In this document: positions 41,493 through 55,710 of the stretch, one piece after another | Layout: each line of letters starts with the position of its first letter | Position numbering within the stretch: the stretch's first letter is position 1 | Assembly: GCF_009914755.1 (NCBI RefSeq) | Contig: NC_060925.1 | From: the human T2T-CHM13v2.0 reference genome, Homo sapiens | Length of the DNA stretch: 64,000 bases | Reading direction: 5' to 3' (one strand) | Made by a program: the position numbers and the translations under genes | The notes under the pieces: generated by a model | What the model saw: only the letters and a program-made list of their open reading frames with translations | Databases searched by the model: none | What the model was told of the DNA's origin: nothing

Positions 41493-41995
41493 TATATGTG
41501 TTTGTGAGTATGTGTGTGTTTGTGTGTATGTACATGTGCATATTTGGGTTGGTGTGTACATGTATGTACACGTGTGCATGTGCATGCGTTTGTGTGTACC
41601 TGTATATGTGTGTGTTCATGTGCATGTTTGCACATGCATGTTTGTGTATATGTATATGAATGTGTATGTGTGTGTTGGTGTTCATGCATGCATGTGTTTG
41701 TGTGTACATGAGTATGTGCATATACATGTGAGCATGGTATTTGCATGTCTGTATGTGTGTGCATGTATCTGTGTTTGTACGCATATGTGTATATGTTTGT
41801 GTATGCATGCGAGTTTACATGGATATATGCCTGTATGGGTGTATGTATGTGTATGCATATGTATGTTTGTGTATGCATGTGTGTATACATGTTAGTTTAC
41901 ATGGATATGTGCATGTGTATGTGTGTATATATGTATAAATGTATATACATGTGTGCATATGTGTGCATGTGTGTGGGAATGTGTGTGTGTGAGTG
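41493..41995. repeat. Long degenerate (TG/TA/CA) purine-pyrimidine low-complexity tract (continues at 40624-40708)
   Basis: ~500 bp of tgtg/tgta/tgca units. Confidence 0.95.
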
Positions 41996-43081
41996 TCCAT
42001 GTGGCGAGCACAGAGAGCCAGCCCATTTGGGTTCTTTGTTGGAGTGCAGATGGGAATGTGCCTCCACCTGATTTCACACCTTGGCATGAACCTGTCTGAG
42101 TGGGCAGTGGAAGTAACTCAGACCCAAGAAGGAGGGATGGGGAAATGGGGGTGGCAAGTAAGAGGTACGAAAGTGTTTTGGCCAAAGAAATTCAGCAGGA
42201 TTTGGATTGAAGGGACTGAAGGATGAAAGGAAGGCCAGTTACTCTGCAGTGGATGCTGTACTCCAAGCTCTGGGGCTCTTATGTTACAGCCAAGGAAAGA
42301 AAAGTTTAGAGAAGTCGAGGAACCTGCCTCGAGTCATCAGTAGTAGAGCCAGGACTCGAGCAGGAGTATGTCTGACTCCGGGGCCTGGGCTTCTTCACCA
42401 CCCTGGTTGCCTCTTAGGGAAAGGGAGACAGATGGGGATAGTGCAGTCACTGGGCCTCACTCCGCATAGCTCCATGTGCAGAGGATGCATTGACCCCTCA
42501 TATTTGGGATGACAACAGGCTCCAGCGTGGGGAGTGGTCGATGCTGGGCACCAAAGAGCGAGACTCTGCAGTGCTGGATGACAGTGCCCCAGGCCTGCAG
42601 TTGGGGAGGAGTTGCTGAGCAGAAGACAGCCCTGAAGCCTTTGAAAGCCAGGGCAGGCAGGAGGGCTCCAGGAGGCCAGTGGGTGGATAGAAAAGGGACT
42701 CAGGGACTCGGCCTAGATACCAGGGTGTTAAGTTCTGTTTTAAGATATATATCTTTGGATGAGTCAAATCACTTTTCTGAGCCTCAGTTTGTATATCTGC
42801 CAAATGGGGCCACTACCCCTCCCCAGGCCCAATCCTACCTCATAGGAAAAAGCAGATTAATGTTGGGGTTATAAGTGCAGCCTTGGATACCTTTAGATCC
42901 TTAGCTGCTGGTCAAGTCACTAAACTGTTCAGTCTGTTTTCTAGTATGTGAAATGGGGATACCAGTGGTCTCTACCTCATCGGGCTGCAAGGGTTACTCA
43001 AATAATGCCTACAAAACACTCAGAACCACACCTGGCAGAAAGAAAGGGGCTAGTAAATATTAATTACCATTGATATTGCTA

Positions 43082-43375
43082 TTTTTTTTTTTTTTGTGAG
43101 ACAGAGTCTCACCGTGTCACCCAGGCTGGATGCAATGGCACAGTCTCGGCTAACTGCAACCTCTGCCTCCTGGGTTCAAGCGATTCTCCTGCCTCAGCCT
43201 CCTGAGTAGCTGGGATTACAGGCGCCCACCACCATGCCTGGCTAATTTTGTATTTTTAGTAGAGACGGGGTTTCACCATGTTGGCCAGGCTGGCCTCGAA
43301 CTCCTGATCTCGTGATTCACCCGTCTCAGCCTCCCAAAGTGCTGGGATTACAGGAGTGAGTCACCACACCTGGCT
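43082..43375 (-). mobile_element. AluS
   Basis: Antisense Alu; TSD gatattgctatt. Confidence 0.96.
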
Positions 43376-43475
43376 GATATTGCTATTATTTCCTAAGATT
43401 CTTACAAGAACAAAACAAACTTGCACAGAGGAGACTGCTGAGCTATAGAAAGGTCTGTTGGCTGGGAAGTAGACT

Positions 43476-43765
43476 GTATTGCTGTTTGCAATTATTCATG
43501 CCCTCGTTCCCATTGAAAGTGATACACATCCTCACCCCTTTGACTTTGGGCTTCATTGCATGGCATGCTTCAGCTCACAGAATGTGAAAGCACATGACAT
43601 ATGCTAGGTCTCAGCAGAAGCTGTACCACCACCATGCTTGCTTTATCCGCTGCCATTAGAATGGCCTGCCCACTCACTGTGATGTCAGTGACAAACAAAT
43701 GCTCATAGTTGTGAGCCACTGAGACTTTGGGGTTGCTTGTTATCACAGCCAACCTGACATATACA
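43476..43765 (+). mobile_element. MLT1 (J-like) LTR fragment
   Basis: tgactttgggctt...gagccactgagactttggggttgcttgttatcacagc...tataca. Confidence 0.65.
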
Positions 43766-45799
43766 GTATGAAGAAGGAGAAGGGTCTCCAAGGAGGTGTG
43801 CTGTGGCCTACTGGGGAGAAGAGGTGCTTAGTCCTGACAGCTGAAGTCAAGGAGAGGATTGGGGTAGACAAAACACACATGAACCCCATACACAGAAGCC
43901 CTCAACACTGTCTGCCCTTTATTTACACAAGTCACTGTCAGACTTAGCAGGACCCAGGAGCTAGCTAGCTTTCCCATAAGGTCTCCTGGTCCCCACTTCA
44001 AACCCAGGAGCCCCTCTCTTATTCCTGGCCTTGATTCCTGGGTTGTTCTCACTGAGGAAGGCCAAGAAGCCCTTTGCATTGGCTTCTGTTTTGTTTGCTC
44101 TCACTTGTGCCATCCTGTTGTGGACAAGAAGGAAGCACGCCAACATCAGCCCCCACCGCAGACCAAGGGAAACATTTCCCGGCCTCCGGTTGGCCATGGC
44201 TCCCTTCCCGTGGGTCCTCTTTCTAGAGCCAGGTCTGTAAACTTGGAGAGAAAATGGTTTGTTGTCCGACTTTGTCCAATCCAGAAGTGGGAACCCAAGA
44301 GGGAGAGGCCAAGGACTGTGCTGTGGTGCTGCCCTCTAGCCAGTGGGCCTCACAAGTGGTCACAGAGGGTCTGGCTGGCGGACCCCACCATCTTGCTCTG
44401 TGGAAGAGGGGCTGCTCATGGATTCTGACCTCACAGGGCCACGAAAGTTTCCATGTGGAGTGCTTTCTGTCCAGGAGGCAAAGCAAACATCTGGTTGCAC
44501 AGTTCCCCTTTCCCTGCCAGCCACCATGTGGGGATTCCAGGCATTGTTCCATCGTTTCTCCATTTGCTTTCCATACCACCTCGCTGAGCTCCGGTGGCTT
44601 TGCTCATCCCTCCCAACCAGGCAGCCATTCACAGCCTCTCACTCCTCGTGTCTGCTGCTGGCCCTGACAAGAATTTTCCTGTGGCTTTCTGTGGTCTCCA
44701 GTCCTGTCATTTACCACCCAGTGCTTGCAGGCTTTCACTGCGCTGAAGAATTTCTGGGCAAATTTTGGTCCGTGTGGTCGCTCTGGGCAATTGTCACAGA
44801 AAGCCTTGGAGAAGCCGCCTGTGCAGCCCAGCAGCACCCGGCCCCCACCCAGCTCGTGGCAGTGTGTGCTCTGTTGTGTTTGGTGCTTTCAGGGTGCAAG
44901 GACAAGAGGTGCACTCAGGCACTTTTGGGGGCTGCCAGCAGGATGTGGGGAGCAGGAGCAAAGCTTAGCCACCTCAGCCGCCTTGGTCCTCCCCATTCAA
45001 CCCACAGCGGTACTCCTCAAGAGCACGTAGCTGGGGCGATCATTTCTTTCTGGCTCTGAGTTCTGTGTCAGGCCACTCGCAGGTCTCTGGCATCATCATC
45101 ATGAGCCTATAGATGGCTCTCTTTGAGTCAGGTGCTGAGCCACAGATCAAGTGGTTATTTATAGCTATAATTGCAGGGTCACATGACCCCAGGCATGGAG
45201 TATAAGGAGCTGCCTGGGACTGCTCTGCTCTGAATAGGGTGTGTGTCTGGTGGGCACCCATGGACTTCCCAGCCATCTAACAGCAACCCACTGCACCGGG
45301 CTTCAGGCCCCAGTTCCCAAGTCAAGCAAACCATCATGTGTCATACTTAAGACCAGTCCTCCGTTCTCCTACTGTTGCACAACACACACCTCCAATGGCT
45401 TCTTATGGGTGGCGCCATCACCCCCTGTGCAGACCCACCTCCTTGATTCCATCCACCTCCTGCTCAACACTTCCAGCTCCTCCTCAGTGTTCTTCAATCA
45501 CCTTTTCTTTCCAGGGGGCTTGTTAACCCTGCAGAGGGATGGTCCTTGCACAAGGTTTGTCCTGTACTCTTTTCCACGTGTCACCCCCACACTGCTCCTC
45601 CAGTGGGGCTGGAGCTTGATAAGGGCCACTGTGGGGTGTCAGTCGTCCACACTGTGGCATCCCACTAACTGTCCTGCTCCCTTCCCTGTGGTCCAGCCTC
45701 TACAGACGCAGAGAGGAGCGAGACAGGAGCTCTGTGTCTAGTGGAAGTGGAGAGATCAGACAGGAACCCAGGAATGGTTCAAGAATAACAGCAGTATTT

Positions 45800-46130
45800 G
45801 TGAAATCAGATTATGTCACTCCTATGCTTAAAGCCTACTAGTGGTTTCCATTTGTAACAAGAGTCACACTGAGCCCTCTGTGTGGCTGACAAGCACCTGC
45901 ATGACCCAGCCCTGCCGACTTCTTCAACTTTCCTCTCAAGCTACACTCCCCTAGCTCACCCCGCTCCATGATCCTGGCTTTTAGTTCTTCAAAGACACTG
46001 AACTCTGCTTCTTCAGCTCATCTGCAAGCTCCACAGGATGGGCACTGGGCTCTTTGATTTTTCACAGTACCTGAATTGATCCTTAGCACATGTAGGTGCT
46101 CAATTCATATTTTCAAGTGTCTGAATGAGC
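45800..46130 (+). mobile_element. L2 3' end
   Basis: atcagattatgtcactcctatgcttaaa...cacatgtaggtgctcaat. Confidence 0.75.
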
Positions 46131-46603
46131 AACGTCCACATTGACGCATTGATGTGAATGGAAGTGAGAAATCACTAGGTATATTATGAGGCACAGGAAG
46201 GAGGCTCACCTGGACAGACTGAAGGGGTCAAGGGCAACGTGAGGAGACCAGGCTGAAGGGAACGTGGGTCAGTCTGTGAGGCTTTAAATGCCAGGCCTAA
46301 AGTCTGCCTCTGACCCCGTACCTTGCAGTGAGGGGCTGGAAAGCCTTGCTGAGGATGGAGCAGGAATCATTCAGAAAGAGACCTTTGGCAGGCACCAGCA
46401 GGACAGATGGAAGCATGATAAACTTGGAAGCTGGGACCCAGGTTGGGAGGCTTTGGAAATACTGTGGGCCTAGCTAAGGAGTCACATGGACTAGGGTGGG
46501 GTGTGAATGGACTTGCCGAGGCCTGGACAGGAACCAGCAGGACTTGCGTGTGGAGTACTGAAGGAACCAAGTCCAGGAAGATGGGACTTATGGACTCGGG
46601 GTC

Positions 46604-47106
46604 TGCGATGGTTCATTTTATGTGTCAACTTGACTGGACTAAAGGGTGACCAGATAGCTGGCAAAACATTATTTCTGTGTGTCTGTGAGGCTGTTTCCAG
46701 AAGAGATTTACATCTGAATCCATGGACTGAGTAAAGAAGATCACCCTCACCAATGTGCGTGGGCAGCATCCAATCCTTTGAGGGCCTGAACAGAACAAAA
46801 AGGCAGAGAAAGGGTGAATTCTTTTTCTCTCTTCTTGATCTGGGACATCCATCTTCTCTGCCCTTGGACATCAGAGTGCCTGGTTCTTGGGCCTTCAAAC
46901 TGTGGGACTTAAACCAGCAGCCTCTCTTGTTCTCAGACCTTCGGACTCAGTCTGAATCACATCACTGGCTTTCCTGGTTCTCCAGCTTGCAATTGGCATA
47001 TTGCAGGATTTCCTGTTCCTCATAATCATGTGAGTTTATTCCTAGAATAAATATGTATATATATATCTTACTGGTTCTCTTTCTCTGGAGAACCCAGACT
47101 AATAGA
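46604..47106 (+). mobile_element. MLT2 (ERVL) solo LTR
   Basis: tgcgatggttcattttatgtgtcaacttgactgg ... ctggagaacccagactaataga; exact 5-bp TSD gggtc. Confidence 0.9.
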
Positions 47107-47224
47107 GGGTCTGTCCATGGATGCCACACCCTGGTCTGTAGGAAGGCAGGACCCTGGGGTGTGGGCAGGATCTGGAACGGGGGGGCAGATTATTAAACCA
47201 GGGACACAGGATGGTGGCCATGTC

Positions 47225-47440
47225 AGTGTAGCATGGCCTTTACCATCCAGGAGCCCTGGCTCACTCCCAGCTCTGTCACTTGCTGGACTTGGCTAATCAC
47301 TTAATATCTCTGTACCTCAATTTCCTTATCTGTCATATGGGAATAATAATGGTTCTAGTTGTGATGATTCCCTATGATAATGCAGGTAGAGCACACAGCA
47401 CAATGCCCAACAGCCAGTCAGACCTCAGTTAAATATTAAC
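47225..47440 (+). mobile_element. MIR SINE
   Basis: tctctgtacctcaatttccttatctgtcatatgggaataataat. Confidence 0.7.
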
Positions 47441-48784
47441 AACTCTTTTGAAATTAATATTATGCATAAAATAATGTATGTTACACAAACTGGAGACCTA
47501 GAAAGACTCATGCTTGGAGATGTAGGCACAAGAGCTCATTTGCAGAACAGGAGTTTCCAGGAGTACCAGTTGGGCCATGGGTACACTGTGGCCCGTGTCT
47601 GGGCTCTCAGGAAGGTCACTAAGCTTCTTGATGGGAGCTGAGGCAGCTGAAGGTTGGCCTCTCAGGCCAGTGTGGCTTGAGGGCTGGGTGGAGCAAGTCT
47701 GCAGATGGTGATGTTGACTCAGCTGTGAGGAGCTGGGGGCAAAGGGAACAGAATCAGCATGGGAGGCTGCTCCACGGCCATGATCTGATTCAATGTGTCC
47801 ATGCTCCCTGGTAATGCTTCAGACAAAACATAGGATGGGAGGCAGCAGTTGAAGCCACTGCCCACAACGTGGCCTGGGGTTTGGCTGAAGATTCTAGTCA
47901 CGCTGGGGTTCCCTATCTGCAGGCTGGGATGCATGCAGGTAAAAAGTGTGCTGCATGCCCCAAGTGGCGGTTTTGATCAGCAGGAGACGTTTCTCAGGCT
48001 TTCCTGTGTGTGGAATGGTTCTTATGCCTCTGCTAAGCATCTCTGCTTTGTCTGATCTCGAGAATGTGTGACTTACACAACAGGTACTGGATCAGCATGA
48101 CATTGCCCTTGTGTGAAGCCAGTATTTGGAAGGGAGGTTGGCTCTGATTTAGACTGAGCCAAGAGCAAGCCTGGGGTCCTACTACTTCTAAGCAGTGGGA
48201 CCTTGGGCCATTCCTGAGCTTTCCTCGCTGTCTGGATGTCTTAAAAATGGAGATAATTCTTGTGAAGCCCTGAGGTTGAAAGTTCAGTAATTGTTAGCTA
48301 GTCACCAAAATTCTTTAAAAAGCTGTTGCATACATGATCACAGTTCCCCCTCCCAATAAAGCTGTGGTGTGAATGAGGCATTATTATTATACTCATTTTA
48401 CAGAGGGAGCAAAGGTTCAGAGAGGTTATGTGGAGGGCTGCCTGGCACACATGCCCAGGTCTTTCACCCAGAAGCTGGGTGCTCCATTTCCTATGCCACG
48501 GGTTCCCAAATATTCCCCCCAGCTGCTTAAAATTCTGATTTAGAGGGCTTGAGGTGTGTTCAAGAAGTGACCTTTTTAGCAATCACCCCTGTTGGCAACC
48601 TGGGAGCGTTCCTAGAGTTGCTGCTTAATGGGCGGAGGCTCTGCCCACTGCCTGTGGCTCCCAGCCCAGACTCTTATACCCAAGTCCCTCAGGAAAAAAG
48701 GAACAAAACAGGTTGTACTGTGTAAACAGTAGAAACTTCTCCAGGTAGAGGTCTGCTTCCCTCCAGGGCTCAGCATTAAGCTCC

Positions 48785-48875
48785 AAGAAAGGAGGGGGAA
48801 AGGAGGGGGAGAGGAGGAGAAGAGGAGTGGGAGAGGAGGGGGAAGAGCGGGGAAAAGGAGGGGGAAAGGGGGGTG
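48785..48875. repeat. Polypurine G/A-rich low-complexity tract
   Basis: ggagggggaaaggagggggagagg...ggaaaggggggg. Confidence 0.9.
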
Positions 48876-50224
48876 CCAGAGCTACCCAGGAGCTGTCCAG
48901 GGGTCACTGTCATCCTAAAAAACACACTGCTGTTCAAAAGTGGCCAGCTCTGGAGCCACCTGGCCTGAGTTTGAATCCTGGCTCCTCAGCTTACTAGCTC
49001 TGAGGCTTTAATAGGTCATTTAATTTTTTTCCATATGAAACAATAGATCCTACCTCCAGGAAACAGCCCTGGGTACAGGCCCCAGCACACTTGGGCACTT
49101 AATAATGGTTGGCTACTACTGTGACTATCGCTACCAGACCAAGCAGTCTCTCCTCACTTTCAGCTGCAACTTCTCCAGTGTATGGCCAGATTCAGTCAGG
49201 AAGAAACAGGCAAAAGTATGAGTGTGGAGATGAGGCAAACCCAACAGAGGATTCAGGTTAGCTTTGCTCAGAAGGCCCCATCATCCACCTTCCAAAGCCT
49301 TTCCTCAAATCAGTGTGACAAGGGCCCACTGAGGCAGGCCAGATGAAGGGACAAGCCACCTTCCCAGCCAGACCCTCAGGCTGACATTGCCAGGTGCCAC
49401 TTTGGAAATGACAGCTGCTAAGAAGCCAGCCCTGCCCTCCCAGACGTGACCGTGCAAGGCCGCTGCTTAGCGCCTTGTGACCAAACAAGTGGGTGCCCAG
49501 AGGAGCTGTCCACTCTTCCTCTCACTGTCCTGGCATCAGGAAGACTCGGCTATTGTTTTTTTGGTCCTGGAAACTATGTCCTCATCTCAGGCTTTCTCCA
49601 TTACCACCAACCCCGCTCTGCTTGGATGGCTGCCCTGGGGAATTTGTTCTGTGCAAAGCAAATAAAAACGTATTTCGAACTGGATCACTGGCAGCAAGGG
49701 CAGTTCTAACTGCCCTCTAACCCGTTAAACTAGAACAAAGACCAAGTGTCATTCCATGGAACCATGAAGGCCAATCCCCCACCCCTCAAGAGATACAGAC
49801 TAAGGCCAGAAGGGCCTTGGGACCTAGGGATAACACCCTTGCTGTGCGAATGGGAACCCCAAACTCAGAGAGGAGAAGCAGCTTACCCAAGACATAGAGC
49901 AAGTTACAGAGAGCCAAGACTGGAACCCACAGCTCTGAACTTCTCTCTACCCAGCTTCCCCAGCTGGTTTTGTGTGGGACAGATATAATTCTTAGATGCT
50001 TTCCAGAGCTTTAAGCTCAATGAAGTAGAAGCTGGTTTACCCTGAATTCTAACTATTAGAAATGCCCATTTAGGAATTCTCAGAAATAATGATAATGGTT
50101 ATCCATAATAAGGACAGCAAAGCTTTGGAAGATTAAAAAGTAATTTTTTCATCTCTAAAGATTAAATTATGTTGAGCAGAGTTTGGGAGTTGCCAAATGC
50201 TCAGTATAAAAGTGGGCATTTTCA

Positions 50225-50830
<606 letters not shown>

Positions 50831-52403
50831 AAGTAGGCATCTTCAAAGATTAACGTGCATAAAATCAGTGAAGCATCTAATTTGTACCATCTCTCAGTGT
50901 GCCCGGACATTTGGCAACACAGAATATCCTATTTCTCCAATGATGGACGTGGGTTTTTGGAAGACTATTTGAAAAACCAGAAGTCTAAGACTTAAGAGCA
51001 CTCACGGTGGCTACATGGGCATGTGCACAGCTGTGATGTGAAGGTGGGGGACGTGCTCCTGGCTGAGGAATAGCCTGTGCAAACAGGCATATGGAGCACT
51101 GGGGGCTTCCAAGATGGGTTGGAAAGAGAAAGAAGGAGGGTGTGAGTATACCCAGGGCTGAGGGGTGTTAGGGTTGACTTGTTTATCAGTGAAGATTTTG
51201 AATGGAACTGCCTAAACTGGCATTTCTTCAGGACATTAGAATTAACACTCATTCCTGCAGAACGTGGGCTATCAGGGGCTTCTTATAAAAATCAAAGACC
51301 CCTGGGTCCCATCCCTGAGCTACAGAATAAGGGGTTGAATAGGGCCGGGACATGGGAATGCGCCTTTATAACAAGTGCCCCCGGGTGGTTCCAATGGTCT
51401 CAAAGTTTGAAGAACAACGTCTTCAATGGAGGAATAAACTTAATGCTCACAGATGGGCCTCTCTTGACCCTTCAGGTCAAGACTCAGGGGAAGGACTTCC
51501 TCCCTGGGAGCTCTGCACTGTTTCCAATCTGAGAGACATGCCTTGTATCTGGGTGACTGACACCTGGAGACGAGACCCTCCATCCTCTTCCAGGGCAGCC
51601 TTGTCCTCAGTGTGGGTCCTCTGTCCAGATATAGCACAGTGATCAGAGCATCTTCTGTCAGCACTCAGGGCGGGTCATCCCCTGACTGCTGCGACTTTCA
51701 GCGCTCTACTCTGTCTTGCCCTCTGCCCATCTACCCCAGTAAGCAAGAATGAGAGAGAGCTGTCACCTCATTCAGGTTCACATGGCTGTGAACCTGATGG
51801 TTCAGAAATAGAAACAGATTTCTAAACGCTGTTACAGGAAACCTGCACCCCCAGAGGCCAGGCTGCAACAGGCATCTCACCCTCTGCTTTAGCTAACTTG
51901 GCACAGGTGAGGGCCAAAGTGGTTATAAAACCTTTCCTGTACGGTCTGCAAGTGCCAGGCCTGTGATTATTTTACTCTTTCATACAAAAATGAACCACTG
52001 GGGAGACAGGCTATAACAGCTCACAGACTCATAGCACAGTAGTTCCTTTTGCTTTGAGAATGTCACCAGCTTGGTTGGAGAGGATCTTTGGCCTGGGATG
52101 GCTCTCCCCAAAATAAAACAATGAGAAAGGAGGGAAGGCCAAAGCCGAGTAATAGCTGCATCACCTGGCTGCTTGTAGATACGGATGTGTCCATGGAGCT
52201 GACAGCTCAATTCAGCCGTGAACCCTCGGGCTTTTGGCATCTCTTCGGCTGAGAGAAGTTTCCCTGGGCTGTACCTTAATCACTTGTGCCTTATTCTGTG
52301 CCCTTTGATCCACCCCCGTGCCCTCAACTGAGCACATTTGGATGAAAGACACCCAACCTAGAAGCTGCCAGAAACAAACTTCATTCCCAAGTAAAGTTGC
52401 TGG

Positions 52404-52723
<320 letters not shown>

Positions 52724-52772
52724 TTACCCTGTTGGATTCTCTCTGGGAGCTTGAACTTTAGATAGCAAAGGA

Positions 52773-53128
<356 letters not shown>

Positions 53129-54479
53129 TTAGGTCTTATTAATAATCAGAAATCATTAATATGCTGCTGAGAGGGCCATGAGAAAAATGGATTCCTAGAT
53201 TTGCCAGGACACATTTGAGTCCCCAGATTCAGTCCTGTAAAGTCAGCTTTCCCTTACCTTTGTCCGGGGTCCCTATGAGACTCCTGTCTCCTCATTACCC
53301 CAGCAACTTTCAAAAAAACTCTTCATTATCTGAAGCCAGCTGCAAGAGCTTATTCTGTTGCAACCTAAGGTAGAGCTCTGTCCAACTCTGTTCCTCATTA
53401 CAGTGGTAGCTGGTGGCCTCAGGTTCCAAAAAGAGGAAGGAAAACAGATATGCACCAGGTGCTGTGATGGGACACACACTTTCACAGGTCACACAGGTTA
53501 TCTTATGTAATTCTCATGGTTACTCCAAGTGACAGGCAGGGTGACCCTATTGTATGGATGAGGAGCCTGAGCCCCACAGGATGACACAATGTCTTAGACT
53601 GCGTGCTCAGCCCTGCTCTTGATGTACCATGTATGTGATGATCAGCGTGGACTTGCCCTGTGTTTCTCTGCTACATTTCTACACTGAAAACAAAACAAAA
53701 ACAAAACTAACATCAATGTCTTCCCTGAGGGGCCTGGGGGCCGCCTAGCAGACAGTCCCTGTGACCTCACGTGGTGAACAGTGGGCAATGGCTGGTCAGG
53801 GTCCCTTGCTCCTCAATGAGAGGGTCTTTGAAGAAGCTCCTGCCTCAGCTCCATTCTCTGCCAAGAGCTGCATGTCAGGCTGGTAGGGGCCCTGGAGATT
53901 TTCTGGAAGATTCCCTCCTTTTTCAGGAGAAGAATCTCAGTCCCAGAGAGGGAAGCCTCCTGAATAATACTAGCTGACATTTTTTGAAAACTTCCTGTGT
54001 GTGAATTAGCCCACTTCATCCTCACAACATCCGCATAAGACAGGTATTCTCATATCACCATTTTATTGTGTTGAGATGGGGAAGTTACTCTGTTCTAGGA
54101 CCTGGCACATGCGTCGGCTTAAATGCCCATCACGCTGCTTGTGGGGCTGCCCTCCTAGGCTCCATTTTCCTTGACACTTGAGAAACATCGATCGTGGAGG
54201 CTGAAGTTTCTGTTGCTTCGTCACCGCACAGTAAAACAGGGAGGGAGAGTTTATTTGGAAAGAAAAACAAAATCGTTACAGGAAATGCCTATGTAGAAGG
54301 TCAAGTAGGGGGACTTTAAGTCAAAGAAGACATCATTTGGGAGGTCAGCTTCAGTGTTGATGATGTAAAATCAGGGTTGTCCTTAATTGGTCAGATTTGA
54401 CAGTTTTTCTTGGGTCAACATCAAAGTCCCACTTTTTCCCTGATAGTATTTGAATTGGAAAATATATTTAATTATATCA

Positions 54480-54930
54480 GACACTCTTGGTTGCTAAGCA
54501 TCAGAAAATATAATTGAGTTGGCTTAAACACTTATAAGGAGCTGAGCTGTGGGCTTCTGGAAGATGAGAGGCTGGGGGCAGTATGGTCTCCTGGCTTGGT
54601 TGTCCTTGAGTTTTTGGTTCTGCCCTTGCCAGTGTGTAGAATTCATCATACTCTGGCTTTTCTCAGGGCAGCAAAACAACACAGCCATTCCAGCATCCTG
54701 CCCAGACAAGATGAATGCTCTCTGCTTCTCTTTCTCCAACCACTGAGTGCAGGCATGAGATACCTGCTCATCCTTGAATGATCACAGGGCGATGGAATTA
54801 CACTGATGGGCTTAGGCCAGTGAGGACCCAGCCCTGGGGCTGGCGGTGTCAATTCTACTCAAGCGGCTAACTGGATCCCCAATTAGGGAAGGAAACATGG
54901 ATGCTGGGCACCAGCCTAGAGTGCCCATGA
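54480..54930 (-). mobile_element. Old MLT1 LTR (K/L-like)
   Basis: actcttggttgctaagcatcagaaa...ctgatgggcttaggcc...tggatgctgggca. Confidence 0.55.
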
Positions 54931-55591
54931 CATACATTTTCCTATTTTTCTCTCTTAAGTAAGGAACACCAATTATTTTATACCCTACGTAGTATCCTAC
55001 TCCAGCCTTTCCCTAGGGGTGTCTAAAATTCATTTGTTACAACTCCCAGTATCTACCACTAAAAAGCAAATTGCTATTATTTACTTCTTATTTCATAGAC
55101 TGAAAAAACTAGGGCATATTACAAGCATGTTTGTAATTCTTGACAAATAATCAAAATTATACTCTTCTACTGAAAAATGCAAAACCATAAACTTCAGTCT
55201 CCATCACAAATGAGAGGATAAATATTACTGTTGTGGTCTTTAAAGAGGCAAACTAGATACTCTCAATTTCCTTGGAAGATTTCCAACCCTGACCTGATGT
55301 GGGCTTGGCCCAGGGGTCTTGGACAAGACTGGCAGGGCCATCCTGGCCACCAGCAAGCCCACGAGGCAGCCAGGGGAAGGGAAGCCCACAGCCCACTTGG
55401 AGTCACCCTCCCCAAAACCAAGAAAAAAGGGCCAGATGACTTCTCCATGTTCCTGCAGACTCTGTAGTTTTCTAATGTAGAAACTGCTTCGTATTCATCT
55501 ATGATTTAGGCAAGGGAATTAGTGACAATCAGTTTGATCCCATAATCTAATAGGATCCTCCTGCTCTGAAACCCCACAGGAAAAGAGTGGT

Positions 55592-55710
55592 GCAATGGTT
55601 CTCAAACATTTTGGTCGTCAGACCCCTTTATACTCTTAACAATTACTGAGAATACAAAGAGTTTTTAAAATCTAAGTTACTTCCATTATTGTTTACTGTA
55701 TTGGAAACTC
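55592..55710. mobile_element. hAT-Charlie terminal fragment
   Basis: caatggttctcaaacattttggtc...gacccctttatactctta. Confidence 0.6.

Noticed and set aside
41417-42185. Many overlapping Cys/Val/His/Thr-rich ORFs
   Set aside because: Artefacts of translating the TG/TA/CA low-complexity tract.
44343-45059. 238-aa ORF, the longest in the window
   Set aside because: Non-ATG start, no recognisable domain, and overlapping ORFs in several frames as expected for GC-rich non-coding DNA.
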